DNA from: Bacteriovoracia bacterium
Lineage (GTDB): Bacteria > Bdellovibrionota > UBA1018 > JBFWNL01
Direction of reading: 5' to 3'
Assembly: GCA_050251055.1 (NCBI GenBank)
Contig: JBFWNL010000003.1
Location: 192,001-256,000 of the forward strand
DNA: 64,000 nt
Part shown: piece after piece, positions 9,141-17,983 of the stretch
Layout: the number at the start of each line of letters is the position of its first letter
How positions within the stretch are numbered: the first letter of the stretch is position 1
Made by a program: the position numbers and the translations under genes
Notes under the pieces: model-generated
What the model was told of the DNA's origin: nothing
Databases searched by the model: none
The model's input: only the letters and a program-made list of their open reading frames with translations

Positions 9141-10841
9141 ATGAAATCCAATCAAGTCAGTATCATTGCGTTCGCCTTGGTTTCGGCCATGGCGCTAAAC
9201 GGCTGCGGCGTGGGCCTAGGGCCCCGTCCCGCGTTGAAGCCTCAAACGGAACCAGCCAACAAGCAAGGTGACACCGAACGCCTACCGGGCGAAGGTACCG
9301 AAGCGGCCGACTGGTTCACGAAAGGCCCGGCCGATGGCGTGCAAGGCGTGGACGTAGAGGCCGTCTACAAGAAGCTCGACCTGAGCCGCGGTAAGGAAAT
9401 CGTCGTCGCCGTGATCGACAGCGGTGTCGACGTCAACCACGAAGATCTGCAGGGCCGCATCTGGGTGAACGAGAAGGAAGCCAACGGCAAACCGGGCGTC
9501 GACGACGACGGTAACGGGTACATCGATGACATCAACGGCTGGAGCTTCCTGGGCGGCAAGGATCAAGACGGCAAGATCGTCAACATCGGCGCCGAAACCC
9601 TGGAAGTGACCCGCGAACTCGTGCGCCTGCGCAAGCTCAAGGCCGAACTCGAAGCCAAGGGCGAGAAGCTTTCCGAAGCCGACGCCAAGCTCTTCGAAAC
9701 CTACGGCGCCGAAGTGGCAAGCAGCCGCGCCCAGGCGGAAGTGCTCAAAGCTCCAAATGCCGCCGCGCTCGAAGCCATCAGGGCTCCCTTTGAAGTCTTG
9801 AAGGAAAAAATCGGCGACATGGAAAAGATCGTTCTGGCCGAGATTGAGAAGCTCGAGACGTCCAACGACGCCGAAGCCGCGGCCAAGGCCGAGATCATCA
9901 AGGCCCTTAAGGGCGCCAATGCCGCGTCCGTCGCCCGCCTGCGCGCGCGCGTGCAGTACGCCGATGACCAGTTGAACTACTACTATAATGAGGCGTTCAA
10001 TCCCCGCGCGGAAATCGTGAAGGACAACCCGAACGACTTCAACGACGTGAATTACGGCGTGAACGACGTCACGGGCCCAGACGCCGACCACGGCACGCAC
10101 GTGTCCGGCATCATCGGCGCGGTACGCGATAACGGCTTGGGTATTAAGGGCATCGCTACAAACGTGAAGATCATGGCCCTGCGTGCGGTTCCGAACGGAG
10201 ACGAACGCGATAAGGACATCGCGCTGGCCGTCCGCTACGCGGCCGATAACGGTGCCAATATCATCAACATGAGCTTCGGCAAGTCCGTTTCCCCCGGGAA
10301 GGGTAAAATCGACGAAGCGTTCCTCTACGCAGCCAACAAGGGCGTGCTCATCGTGCACGCGGCGGGCAACAGCAGCGAGGACATCGACACCGCCGCCAAC
10401 TTCCCGAACCGCAACGTGCTCGATCCGGCCCGCCACGGCGGCGTCGCCGAGATCCCGACGTGGCTCGAGATCGGCGCTTCCTCCCAGTTTAATGACCAGC
10501 GCCTCACAGCCGTGTTCTCCAACTACGGGAAGAAGAACGTCGACGTGTTCGCTCCCGGCGTGGACCTGAACTCCACGACCCCCGGCAACACCTACTCGGT
10601 GTTCAGCGGCACCAGCATGGCCTGCCCGGCCGCGGCTGGCGTCGCCGCCGTGATCTGGTCGCAGAACCCCGAGCTCAGCGCCAGCCAGGTAAAGGCCGTG
10701 CTCCTGAAGAACGCCCGCGACAAAGCGGATCTTCCGGTGCTGATCCCTGGCACGATGACCCTCGCGCCGTTCGGCACGCTTTCCCAAACGGGTGGCGTAG
10801 CGGAAGTGTTCTCGGCACTGCGGGCTCTAGGAAAAATCTAG
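9141..10841 (+). CDS. S8 subtilisin-like protease, lipoprotein
   Basis: Lipobox LNGC; VIDSG, HGTHVSG, AAGN, GTSMACP; helical insertion between the Asp and His motifs. Confidence 0.92.
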   Translation: MKSNQVSIIAFALVSAMALNGCGVGLGPRPALKPQTEPANKQGDTERLPGEGTEAADWFTKGPADGVQGVDVEAVYKKLDLSRGKEIVVAVIDSGVDVNHEDLQGRIWVNEKEANGKPGVDDDGNGYIDDINGWSFLGGKDQDGKIVNIGAETLEVTRELVRLRKLKAELEAKGEKLSEADAKLFETYGAEVASSRAQAEVLKAPNAAALEAIRAPFEVLKEKIGDMEKIVLAEIEKLETSNDAEAAAKAEIIKALKGANAASVARLRARVQYADDQLNYYYNEAFNPRAEIVKDNPNDFNDVNYGVNDVTGPDADHGTHVSGIIGAVRDNGLGIKGIATNVKIMALRAVPNGDERDKDIALAVRYAADNGANIINMSFGKSVSPGKGKIDEAFLYAANKGVLIVHAAGNSSEDIDTAANFPNRNVLDPARHGGVAEIPTWLEIGASSQFNDQRLTAVFSNYGKKNVDVFAPGVDLNSTTPGNTYSVFSGTSMACPAAAGVAAVIWSQNPELSASQVKAVLLKNARDKADLPVLIPGTMTLAPFGTLSQTGGVAEVFSALRALGKI

Positions 10842-10874
10842 ACCTCGTTTAGTGTATTGATAGCTTAGGTAGTC

Positions 10875-10922
10875 AAGAGCCCGGTTTGCCGCAGGGATCT
10901 GCGGAAAGCTGGGCTTTTTTTT
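10875..10922 (+). terminator. Rho-independent terminator
   Basis: AAGAGCCCGGTTTGCCGCAG-ggat-CTGCGGAAAGCTGGGCTTTT imperfect hairpin plus T run. Confidence 0.8.
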
Positions 10923-11018
10923 AGATTTCGAATTTCAATTTGAGCCACATTGTTTTCCCGCTTGGGACAAATCTGACGGAGCCTACCCCGCCCGTCGTGC
11001 CTTATCCCACCCTAAAGC

Positions 11019-11034
11019 CGGTACAACGCTTGCA
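11019..11034 (+). promoter_or_regulatory. Putative sigma-54 promoter
   Basis: CGGTACAACGCTTGCA (GG-N10-GC); the predicted start site falls almost on ATG 11047, which lacks an RBS (possibly leaderless). Confidence 0.45.
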
Positions 11035-11046
11035 GTCGCTCTTGGC

Positions 11047-12384
11047 ATGAACAAAAAAAATGGGTGCATGGGAGTTTTCGCTACGTTCGCGGTAATCATG
11101 GGGACGCAGGCCTGTAGTCATACGCCAACGGTTACGGAGTTTCCGGCCACGGCGAGCGCGGTCGATGAAACGGCGCGACTAAAGAAAGACCTAGAGGAAG
11201 CGCGCCTCCGGCAAGTCAACGTGCTTTCCCCAAATCACTACGCAGACGCCCAAGATGCGTTAGCGGACGCCCAAGCCGAGCTGAAACAGCCCAAGAGTGA
11301 CCAAGATTCGCGGGATGCGCTCCACTCCGTGGCGATGGGCCGGGCCTATCTGGATCTCGCCACCCGGACGGCGGCGATCGGCGAAAAAAATCTCGAGCCG
11401 GTGCTCGCGGCGCGGCGCCAAGCCCTGACCGCCAAGGCCCCCCAGTACTTCGAGGACGATTTCCGTCGGGTGGACGGGGATCTTCGGGACGTAGGAGAGG
11501 ACCTCGAAGACCGCGAGCTCCAGAGCGCCATGGACCGCCGCGACGAACTCCAGGCCGCCTTCTTGGATCTTGAGCTACGCGCGCTCCAGGAAGGCGCCGT
11601 TGGTCAAGCAGAACGGCTAACGGAAAAAGCCCGCGATGAAGACGCGCGACGCTTCGCGCCCCGCACGCTGGCTATCGCCGAAAAGAACATCGAGGACACG
11701 CGGGCCTACATTTTTGGAAACCGGCACGATCAGGCCGGAATCGAACGCCGGGCCACAGAGACCCTGGCCAGCGCCCAGCACGCCTTGAAAATTACGCGCG
11801 AAGCGAAGGCCACGAATTCGACTTCACCCGAAGACACCGCCCTCCGCTTGGAGAGCGAGCGAAATCGCCTGGAGTCGCGCAACGATCAGCTCGCGCTGCA
11901 GCAAGCCGCGACCACCCACCTTATGTCGGAGAACGTGGCCCTCGCAAAGAAAGCGGCGGCCGACCGTCGATTTGAAATCGCTCGCCAGGCGTTCTCGGAG
12001 GACGAGGCTCAAGTTTACCGGCAAGGCGATACCCTGACGATCCGCCTACGCGCGCTGCAGTTCCCCACCAATCGCGCGACCCTCAAGGATCGCGACTTCG
12101 CCCTCTTGGGGAAAGTGCAGAAAGTGATCAAAGACTTCGGAGAAACGGAAGTGACCGTGGAGGGGCACACCGACTCCGTCGGAAGCAAGGCGAGGAATCA
12201 GACCCTCTCGCAACAGCGAGCCGAAGCGGTCAGGAAGTATCTCGTCGCGAATAACACTCTAGACACTGAATCGGTCACCGCCGAGGGTTTCGGTTACGAT
12301 CGGCCGCTGGCGTCGAACAAGTCGGCCGAAGGCCGCGCGCAGAATCGTCGGGTGGATATCGTGATTCAGCCCGGTGAAGAGTGA
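11047..12384 (+). CDS. OmpA-family lipoprotein with helical N-terminal region
   Basis: Lipobox-like TQAC; C-terminal OmpA peptidoglycan-binding motifs VEGHTDSVG, NQTLSQQRAEAV, GRAQNRRVDI. Confidence 0.9.
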   Translation: MNKKNGCMGVFATFAVIMGTQACSHTPTVTEFPATASAVDETARLKKDLEEARLRQVNVLSPNHYADAQDALADAQAELKQPKSDQDSRDALHSVAMGRAYLDLATRTAAIGEKNLEPVLAARRQALTAKAPQYFEDDFRRVDGDLRDVGEDLEDRELQSAMDRRDELQAAFLDLELRALQEGAVGQAERLTEKARDEDARRFAPRTLAIAEKNIEDTRAYIFGNRHDQAGIERRATETLASAQHALKITREAKATNSTSPEDTALRLESERNRLESRNDQLALQQAATTHLMSENVALAKKAAADRRFEIARQAFSEDEAQVYRQGDTLTIRLRALQFPTNRATLKDRDFALLGKVQKVIKDFGETEVTVEGHTDSVGSKARNQTLSQQRAEAVRKYLVANNTLDTESVTAEGFGYDRPLASNKSAEGRAQNRRVDIVIQPGEE

Positions 12385-12420
12385 GCAGAGGCAATTCTCC
12401 GCGTCCATTTTAGCTTCAGT

Positions 12421-13623
12421 TCAAGTTTCAGCTAAGCCGCCAGCTCGCAGCTTGAGGTCTTGCCGCAGGATCGCATAGAAATCCGCGTCCCAGTAGCGCT
12501 CGCGGTGGAAGAGCGCGGCCCGGCGCGTGCCTTCGAACTTCATGCCGAGCTTTTCCATCACGCGGGCGCTGGCGCGGTTCTCGGATTTGCAATGCGCCTG
12601 CACTCGGTTTAGATCGAATTCCTCGAAGGCGTAGCGCATGATCTCGCGTGCGGCCTCGAGGATGATTCCTTTGCCCCAATGCGCTTCATCCAGAGCGAAG
12701 GCCATTTCCATGCAGCGGCTCCTCTCGGAGGCCCAGAACAGCCCTACCGTGCCGATCACCCGTGAAGGTTCCGTCGCCAGGGTGATTCCCAAGGGCTCGG
12801 GAATGCGCTGCCGATAATAGGGAAAGGCATAGTCGAGAATATAGGCTTCGGTGTCCTTAACCGAAAGATGGGGCTCCCACATCGTCCAGCGAGAAACGTT
12901 GGGATTTTGCGCGTAAGCGAAGATCGCCGGCGCATCGCTCAGGGCTAATGGCCTCAAGATTAGGCGCTCGGTCTTTAAATTCGGTAGCCGGCGCGGAGCC
13001 TCTGACTTCACCGGCGCATTGGGGACTGGCTCCAGGATTTTCGCGATGAAATACTCGTCTTGATATTCACCGTCGATGAAGGCCGCGTACTTTCGCGTGC
13101 CCTCGACCACGAAACCCGCGCGCCGATAGAGGCGCATCCCGTGTTCGTTCGCCACCCGGGCCATTCCCTCTAGACGACAAACCCCGTGCTGCCGCGCGAA
13201 CTTCTCTTGGACCGCGAGCAGCCGTTGGCCGATGCCCTGGCCCCAGTATTCGCGCCGCACCATCATGCCGAATACCAGAACGTGCTTAATCCAAGGATGT
13301 CCGGGCCGTTCCGGTCGGGCGCTCAGATAGCCCACCACTCTTTCGCCATCAAAAGCACCCAGGTTGATTTCCGGCGAATCGGCGGCCTCCGAGGCTTCCA
13401 GAAACCGGGCCGCCACCTTTTCGGGGTCGCGTGCAGGCATACCCACGTACTGCATCGTGTGCGTCGACTCAAACGGGATACGCTCGATAAACTCAAGGAA
13501 CGCCGGCGCGTCCGCCGCCGTAAGATGGCGCACAACTAACTCGCGGACCGGTTGCGCGGGATCGGAAGGGCGGGTCGAGAATTTTTCCGCGATCCACTGA
13601 CCCACGTCGTGCCCCCGTCGCAA
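12421..13623 (-). CDS. Tandem GNAT N-acetyltransferase (two domains, second RimJ/RimL-like); start uncertain
   Basis: Two acetyl-CoA motifs YWGQGIG and HWGKGI; LKTERLILRP; NRASARVMEKLGMKFEG. Confidence 0.85.
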   Translation of the reverse strand: MRRGHDVGQWIAEKFSTRPSDPAQPVRELVVRHLTAADAPAFLEFIERIPFESTHTMQYVGMPARDPEKVAARFLEASEAADSPEINLGAFDGERVVGYLSARPERPGHPWIKHVLVFGMMVRREYWGQGIGQRLLAVQEKFARQHGVCRLEGMARVANEHGMRLYRRAGFVVEGTRKYAAFIDGEYQDEYFIAKILEPVPNAPVKSEAPRRLPNLKTERLILRPLALSDAPAIFAYAQNPNVSRWTMWEPHLSVKDTEAYILDYAFPYYRQRIPEPLGITLATEPSRVIGTVGLFWASERSRCMEMAFALDEAHWGKGIILEAAREIMRYAFEEFDLNRVQAHCKSENRASARVMEKLGMKFEGTRRAALFHRERYWDADFYAILRQDLKLRAGGLAET

Positions 13624-13626
13624 GCC

Positions 13627-14778
13627 CTACTTGGGCGGCGCGTAGTCTTTCTTCAGCGCCCGCCGACGCTCGTGGCGCGAGATCGCCAGATCGATTAGTT
13701 TAGACAAAAGTTCCTTATAAGGAATTCCGGAAGCTTCCCAAAGCTTGGGATACATGCTGATGCTCGTAAAGCCCGGCAGCGTATTCACCTCGTTGAAGTA
13801 GAACTCACCCGTATTGCGATCCAGGAATAAATCTACCCGTGCCATCCCTTCGCACTCGAGCGCGTCGAAGGCCTGCGCCGCCATCACCTGCGCCTGCTTG
13901 AGCTGCTCGGGCGTCAAGCGGGCGGGAATCAAAAGCTCCGCGCCATTGTCATCGAGATACTTCGCCTCGTAAGAATAAAATTCGTGTTTCGGGATGATCT
14001 CCCCGGCCACGCTCACGAGCGGCGGTGCCCCGTGATCTGGATTCTCCAACACCGAGAATTCAATCTCGCGCGCGGCGATTCCCTTTTCGAGCAAAACTTT
14101 CAGATCGTAATCGAACGCGTCTTTAAGCGCGGGTTGCAGATCTTCCCACTTCTTCACCTTGTGCACGCCCACGCTCGAGCCCTGGCAAACGGGCTTCACG
14201 AAGAGTGGGTAGCCCAGGGCTTGCACGGCTTCCTTTAAAAACGCCTCGGCTCCGCGCTGCCACTCGGCCTTCTTTAAAACCCGATACGGCGTCACCTTCA
14301 CACCGGCATATTCAGCGAGGCGTTTCGCCACGGCCTTATCCATCCCCACCGAGGAAGCCAAAACTCCCGCGCCCACGTAGGGAACGTCGGCCAGCTCCAA
14401 GAAGCCCTGGATCGTTCCGTCTTCGCAATATTGGCCGTGCATCACGGGAAACACGACATCAAAGGACTCGGTTCGTGCGGGTGCGCTAGCCGCCTGCGGT
14501 ATAGGCAATAAAGTGGGCGCCCCGTCGGCCGGATGCGGCGGAAGCACCACCGGCACCTGGTTCAAAACCTCGGGAAGTGCCTCCCCTGCGTGCTTTTGGA
14601 GCAAGGCCAGGCTCCCCAGTTGCCACTTCCCCTGCTTATCAATCCCGATGGGAATGATCTCGTACTTGGCCGGATCGAGGTTTTTGATCACCGAAGATGC
14701 CGAACGCAGGGAGATTTCGTGCTCACTGGACCGTCCGCCATAGAGCACCGCGATACGAATTTTCTTTATGGGGGCCAT
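13627..14778 (-). CDS. ddl: D-alanine--D-alanine ligase
   Basis: GGRSSEHEISLRSA, HGQYCEDGTIQG, GSSVGV, FYSYEAKY, NEVNTLPGFT; start taken at MAPIKK. Confidence 0.95.
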   Translation of the reverse strand: MAPIKKIRIAVLYGGRSSEHEISLRSASSVIKNLDPAKYEIIPIGIDKQGKWQLGSLALLQKHAGEALPEVLNQVPVVLPPHPADGAPTLLPIPQAASAPARTESFDVVFPVMHGQYCEDGTIQGFLELADVPYVGAGVLASSVGMDKAVAKRLAEYAGVKVTPYRVLKKAEWQRGAEAFLKEAVQALGYPLFVKPVCQGSSVGVHKVKKWEDLQPALKDAFDYDLKVLLEKGIAAREIEFSVLENPDHGAPPLVSVAGEIIPKHEFYSYEAKYLDDNGAELLIPARLTPEQLKQAQVMAAQAFDALECEGMARVDLFLDRNTGEFYFNEVNTLPGFTSISMYPKLWEASGIPYKELLSKLIDLAISRHERRRALKKDYAPPK

Positions 14779-14879
14779 GATTGTGAATATAACGAACAAC
14801 ACTCTTGATTCACAGAAAAACCGTCAGTAATGTCGGCTGTATTTTCAAGCACATAGGCCAGTAGAGGGAGAGATACCGG

Positions 14880-16184
14880 ATGGCAAGAACCACTCATGAC
14901 TTGAGCTCGCACCTTTGGGATACCAGCGCTCTGTACCGCAACGCCGTCATGGCGCTCGACAAAGCGGGCAACAGCATGAAGATGGATCCGAACATCCTGG
15001 AGCGCCTGAAGGTTCCGAAGCGCGCCCTGATCGTGAGCGTGCCGATCCGCCTCGACAACGGCGAAGTGCGCGTGTTCGAAGGCTACCGCGTTCAACACAA
15101 TATGACCCTCGGGCCCGGCAAGGGCGGCATCCGCTATCACGAAGACGTGAACCTCTCCGAAGTCGCGGGCCTCGCGATGCTCATGACCCTGAAGTGCTCG
15201 CTCATGGACCTCCCCTTGGGTGGCGCCAAGGGCGGAATTCGCGTCGATGCGACCAAGCTCTCGCGCCAGGAAGCGCAAGCGCTCACCCGTCGTTATACGA
15301 TGGAAATCAGCAACATCATCGGCCCCGAAAAGGACATTCCGGCCCCCGACGTCGGCACCGACGGCCAGACCATGGCGTGGATGTTCGATACCTTTTCGCA
15401 GCAAAAGGGTTACACCGTCTCCGGCGTCGTCACCGGCAAGCCCGTCGAAATCGGCGGCTCCCTGGGACGCGCGGAAGCGACCGGCTTGGGCGTGGTCTTC
15501 ACCATCGAAGAAGCGGTGAAATACCTCAACAACAAAGGGCTCTCGAAAGTTCGCTTGGATTCCTCGACGACCGCGGCCATTCACGGCTTCGGTAAGGTGG
15601 GTAACATCGCCGCGCTCGAGCTTTACAACCGCAAGGTCGCGGTCGTGGCGATCAGCGACCACACGGGCGGCATCTACAATAAGAATGGCATCAACATCCC
15701 GCAAGCCATGGCTTACCTGAAGGAAAATCGGGTACTAAAAGGCTTCCAAGGCGGCGACGTCATCACCAATGAAGAGCTGCTCGCGCTGGATGTCGATGTA
15801 CTGGTGCCAGCCGCCATCGACGGCGTGATCCATTCAGAGAACGTCAGCAAGGTAAAGGCGCGTATCATCGCCGAAGGCGCCAACGGTCCCATCAGCCAGG
15901 ACGCCATGAAGGTACTCGAAGACCGCGGCGCGTTCATCATCCCCGACATTCTTTGCAACGCCGGCGGCGTGACGGTTTCCTACTTCGAATGGGTGCAAGG
16001 CCTGCAGAGCTTCTTCTGGAGCGAGCAGGAAGTGAACCACCGGCTGAAGGAAATCATGGTTCGCGTCTTCAACAAGGTGATTCACACCAAGGAGAAGATG
16101 AATTGCGGCATGCAGAACGCGGCTATGGTGACGGCCATCGACCGCCTTTCGCGCGCGATGTTGCTCAAGGGCTTGTTCCCGTAG
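14880..16184 (+). CDS. gdhA: Glu/Leu/Phe/Val dehydrogenase (glutamate dehydrogenase)
   Basis: GYRVQHN, GPGKGGIRY, GGAKGG, DIPAPDVGT, GFGKVG, EGANGP, NAGGVTVSYFEWVQ. Confidence 0.93.
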   Translation: MARTTHDLSSHLWDTSALYRNAVMALDKAGNSMKMDPNILERLKVPKRALIVSVPIRLDNGEVRVFEGYRVQHNMTLGPGKGGIRYHEDVNLSEVAGLAMLMTLKCSLMDLPLGGAKGGIRVDATKLSRQEAQALTRRYTMEISNIIGPEKDIPAPDVGTDGQTMAWMFDTFSQQKGYTVSGVVTGKPVEIGGSLGRAEATGLGVVFTIEEAVKYLNNKGLSKVRLDSSTTAAIHGFGKVGNIAALELYNRKVAVVAISDHTGGIYNKNGINIPQAMAYLKENRVLKGFQGGDVITNEELLALDVDVLVPAAIDGVIHSENVSKVKARIIAEGANGPISQDAMKVLEDRGAFIIPDILCNAGGVTVSYFEWVQGLQSFFWSEQEVNHRLKEIMVRVFNKVIHTKEKMNCGMQNAAMVTAIDRLSRAMLLKGLFP

Positions 16185-16218
16185 TCGATCCCGGCAAAAG
16201 CCGAACCGTCCGCTTATC

Positions 16219-16581
16219 TTAAACTATCGCGAGACTGCCGGCGGCGAACAACGCCGGCAGTGCTTGGATAAAAAAGATCCGCCGGTTCGCCGTGGCCGCG
16301 CCATAAACTCCAGCTACGATTACGCACCCTAGGAAAAAAAACAAAATCTGCCGGGAAAACTCGGCATGCGGGTTAACGAGGCCCCACACGAGGCCCGCCG
16401 CCAAAAAACCATTGTAGAGTCCCTGGTTGGATGCCAGGACCGCCGACGCCTTCGCTTGTTCTAGGGTTTGTCGAAAAACCTGGAGGCCCTTGAGCTTAGT
16501 CCAAAGGAACATCTCAAGCACGAGGAAATAGACATGGAGAATCGCTACGACCGCGATCAGTAACTTCGCCAACCACTCCAT
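16219..16581 (-). CDS. DUF1304 family membrane protein
   Basis: LHVYFLVLEM, NQGLYNGFLAAGL, IQALPA; start MEWLAK after AGGAGGGAG. Confidence 0.88.
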   Translation of the reverse strand: MEWLAKLLIAVVAILHVYFLVLEMFLWTKLKGLQVFRQTLEQAKASAVLASNQGLYNGFLAAGLVWGLVNPHAEFSRQILFFFLGCVIVAGVYGAATANRRIFFIQALPALFAAGSLAIV

Positions 16582-16600
16582 CCGGAGCTCCCTCCTTGAA

Positions 16601-17983
16601 TCACTCTTCCGAACGCTTGATACCAAGCTCTTTGAGTTTGAGCTGAAGTCCCTTGCGCGAGAGTCCAAGGGCCTCGGCCGTGCGGGTGACGTTGCCGTCG
16701 TTTTCGGCAAGCGATTTTTCGATCAGCTCGCGTTCCACGCTCTGGGTTTGGCGGCGTACGATCTCTTTGAACGAGCTCTCTCCCTCTGCGGGCGGCGGTG
16801 TGCCTCCGGTGGCGGCGAACTTGGCGATTTCCTCGGGCAGATCGGCTAGCCGCAGCGAAGATCCGTCGGCCATGAGAATCATGCGCTCGATCGTGTTCTG
16901 CAGCTGGCGGATGTTACCCGGCCACGCGTAGGTCTTGAACACTCCGAGCACCTCATCTGGCAGATTCGTAACCTTGCGCTCGAGCTTGACGTTGAACTGA
17001 TCCATAAACGTGCGCACGAGCTGCTCGATGTCGTCCCGGCGCTCACGCAGGGGCGGCAGCTGGATCGGCACGACGTTGAGCCGGTAAAAAAGATCCTCGC
17101 GAAAACGCCCTTCTTTTACTTCCTGTTCCAGGTTGCGATTGGTCGCGGTGATGATCCGGACATCCACGGTGGTGCTGTGGATGCCCCCGACGCGCTCAAA
17201 TTGATGCTCTTGTAACACCCGCAGAAGCTTCACCTGCATCTCGAGCGGCATCTCCGCCACCTCATCTAGAAAAATCGTCCCCGTGTTGGCGAGCTCGAAG
17301 CGACCCGGTTTGGCGGTCACCGCGCCCGTAAACGCGCCTTTTTCGTAACCGAAGAGCTCGCTCTCGATCAGGGTCGCCGGAATGGCGCCGCAGTTGATCT
17401 TCACGAAGGGCTTATCCGCCCGGTCCGATTGCTTATGGATCTCGTATGCGACGAGCTCCTTACCGGTACCGCTCTCCCCCAGGATGAGGATCGTCGAAGG
17501 GGAGCGCGCCACCTTGTGGATGACGTTCAGAACTTCCTTCATCTGAGGGTTGTGGCTCACGATCGAGGATACCTGAACGTTGTCCTCCTCGCGGAGACGG
17601 AAGGTCTCCACCGCCTTGCGGGCAACGTTGAGGAGCTCCGTCTGATCGAAGGGCTTGGTGATGAAATCGAACGCGCCTTTCTTCAGCGCCGCGACCGCCG
17701 CCTCGACGGTGCCAAACGCCGTGATAATCACGACGGGAAGATCGGGTAGGTGCTCCTTGCAATATTCCAAGATCTCCATCCCCGTCGGTCCGGGCATGTA
17801 GAGATCGGTGATGACGGCGTGCGGACGCTCTTGTTTGAGCGCCCGCAAAGCTCGGGCGCTGTCGTTAAATACGACGGGCGTGAAGCCCGCGCGCGCGAGC
17901 ATCGCTTCGATCACCAAGGTGATATTCTTTTCGTCATCGACGACGAGGACCTTACCCAAATTCGGAACGGTGGCCGTGCTCAT
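16601..17983 (-). CDS. Sigma-54-dependent response regulator (NtrC/AtoC family)
   Basis: Receiver (VVDDE, TDLYMP, FITKP), AAA+ GESGTGKE and GAFTGA, C-terminal Fis-type HTH; ATGA overlap with the kinase stop. Confidence 0.95.
   Translation of the reverse strand: MSTATVPNLGKVLVVDDEKNITLVIEAMLARAGFTPVVFNDSARALRALKQERPHAVITDLYMPGPTGMEILEYCKEHLPDLPVVIITAFGTVEAAVAALKKGAFDFITKPFDQTELLNVARKAVETFRLREEDNVQVSSIVSHNPQMKEVLNVIHKVARSPSTILILGESGTGKELVAYEIHKQSDRADKPFVKINCGAIPATLIESELFGYEKGAFTGAVTAKPGRFELANTGTIFLDEVAEMPLEMQVKLLRVLQEHQFERVGGIHSTTVDVRIITATNRNLEQEVKEGRFREDLFYRLNVVPIQLPPLRERRDDIEQLVRTFMDQFNVKLERKVTNLPDEVLGVFKTYAWPGNIRQLQNTIERMILMADGSSLRLADLPEEIAKFAATGGTPPPAEGESSFKEIVRRQTQSVERELIEKSLAENDGNVTRTAEALGLSRKGLQLKLKELGIKRSEE

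Noticed and set aside
9282-10787. 501-aa antisense ORF over the S8 lipoprotein
   Set aside because: Shadow frame produced by biased codon usage in a GC-rich gene; no motifs or RBS.
13627-14778. VanA-type D-Ala-D-Lac ligase
   Set aside because: Omega-loop Tyr (FYSYEAKY) indicates D-Ala-D-Ala specificity; no vanH or vanX.
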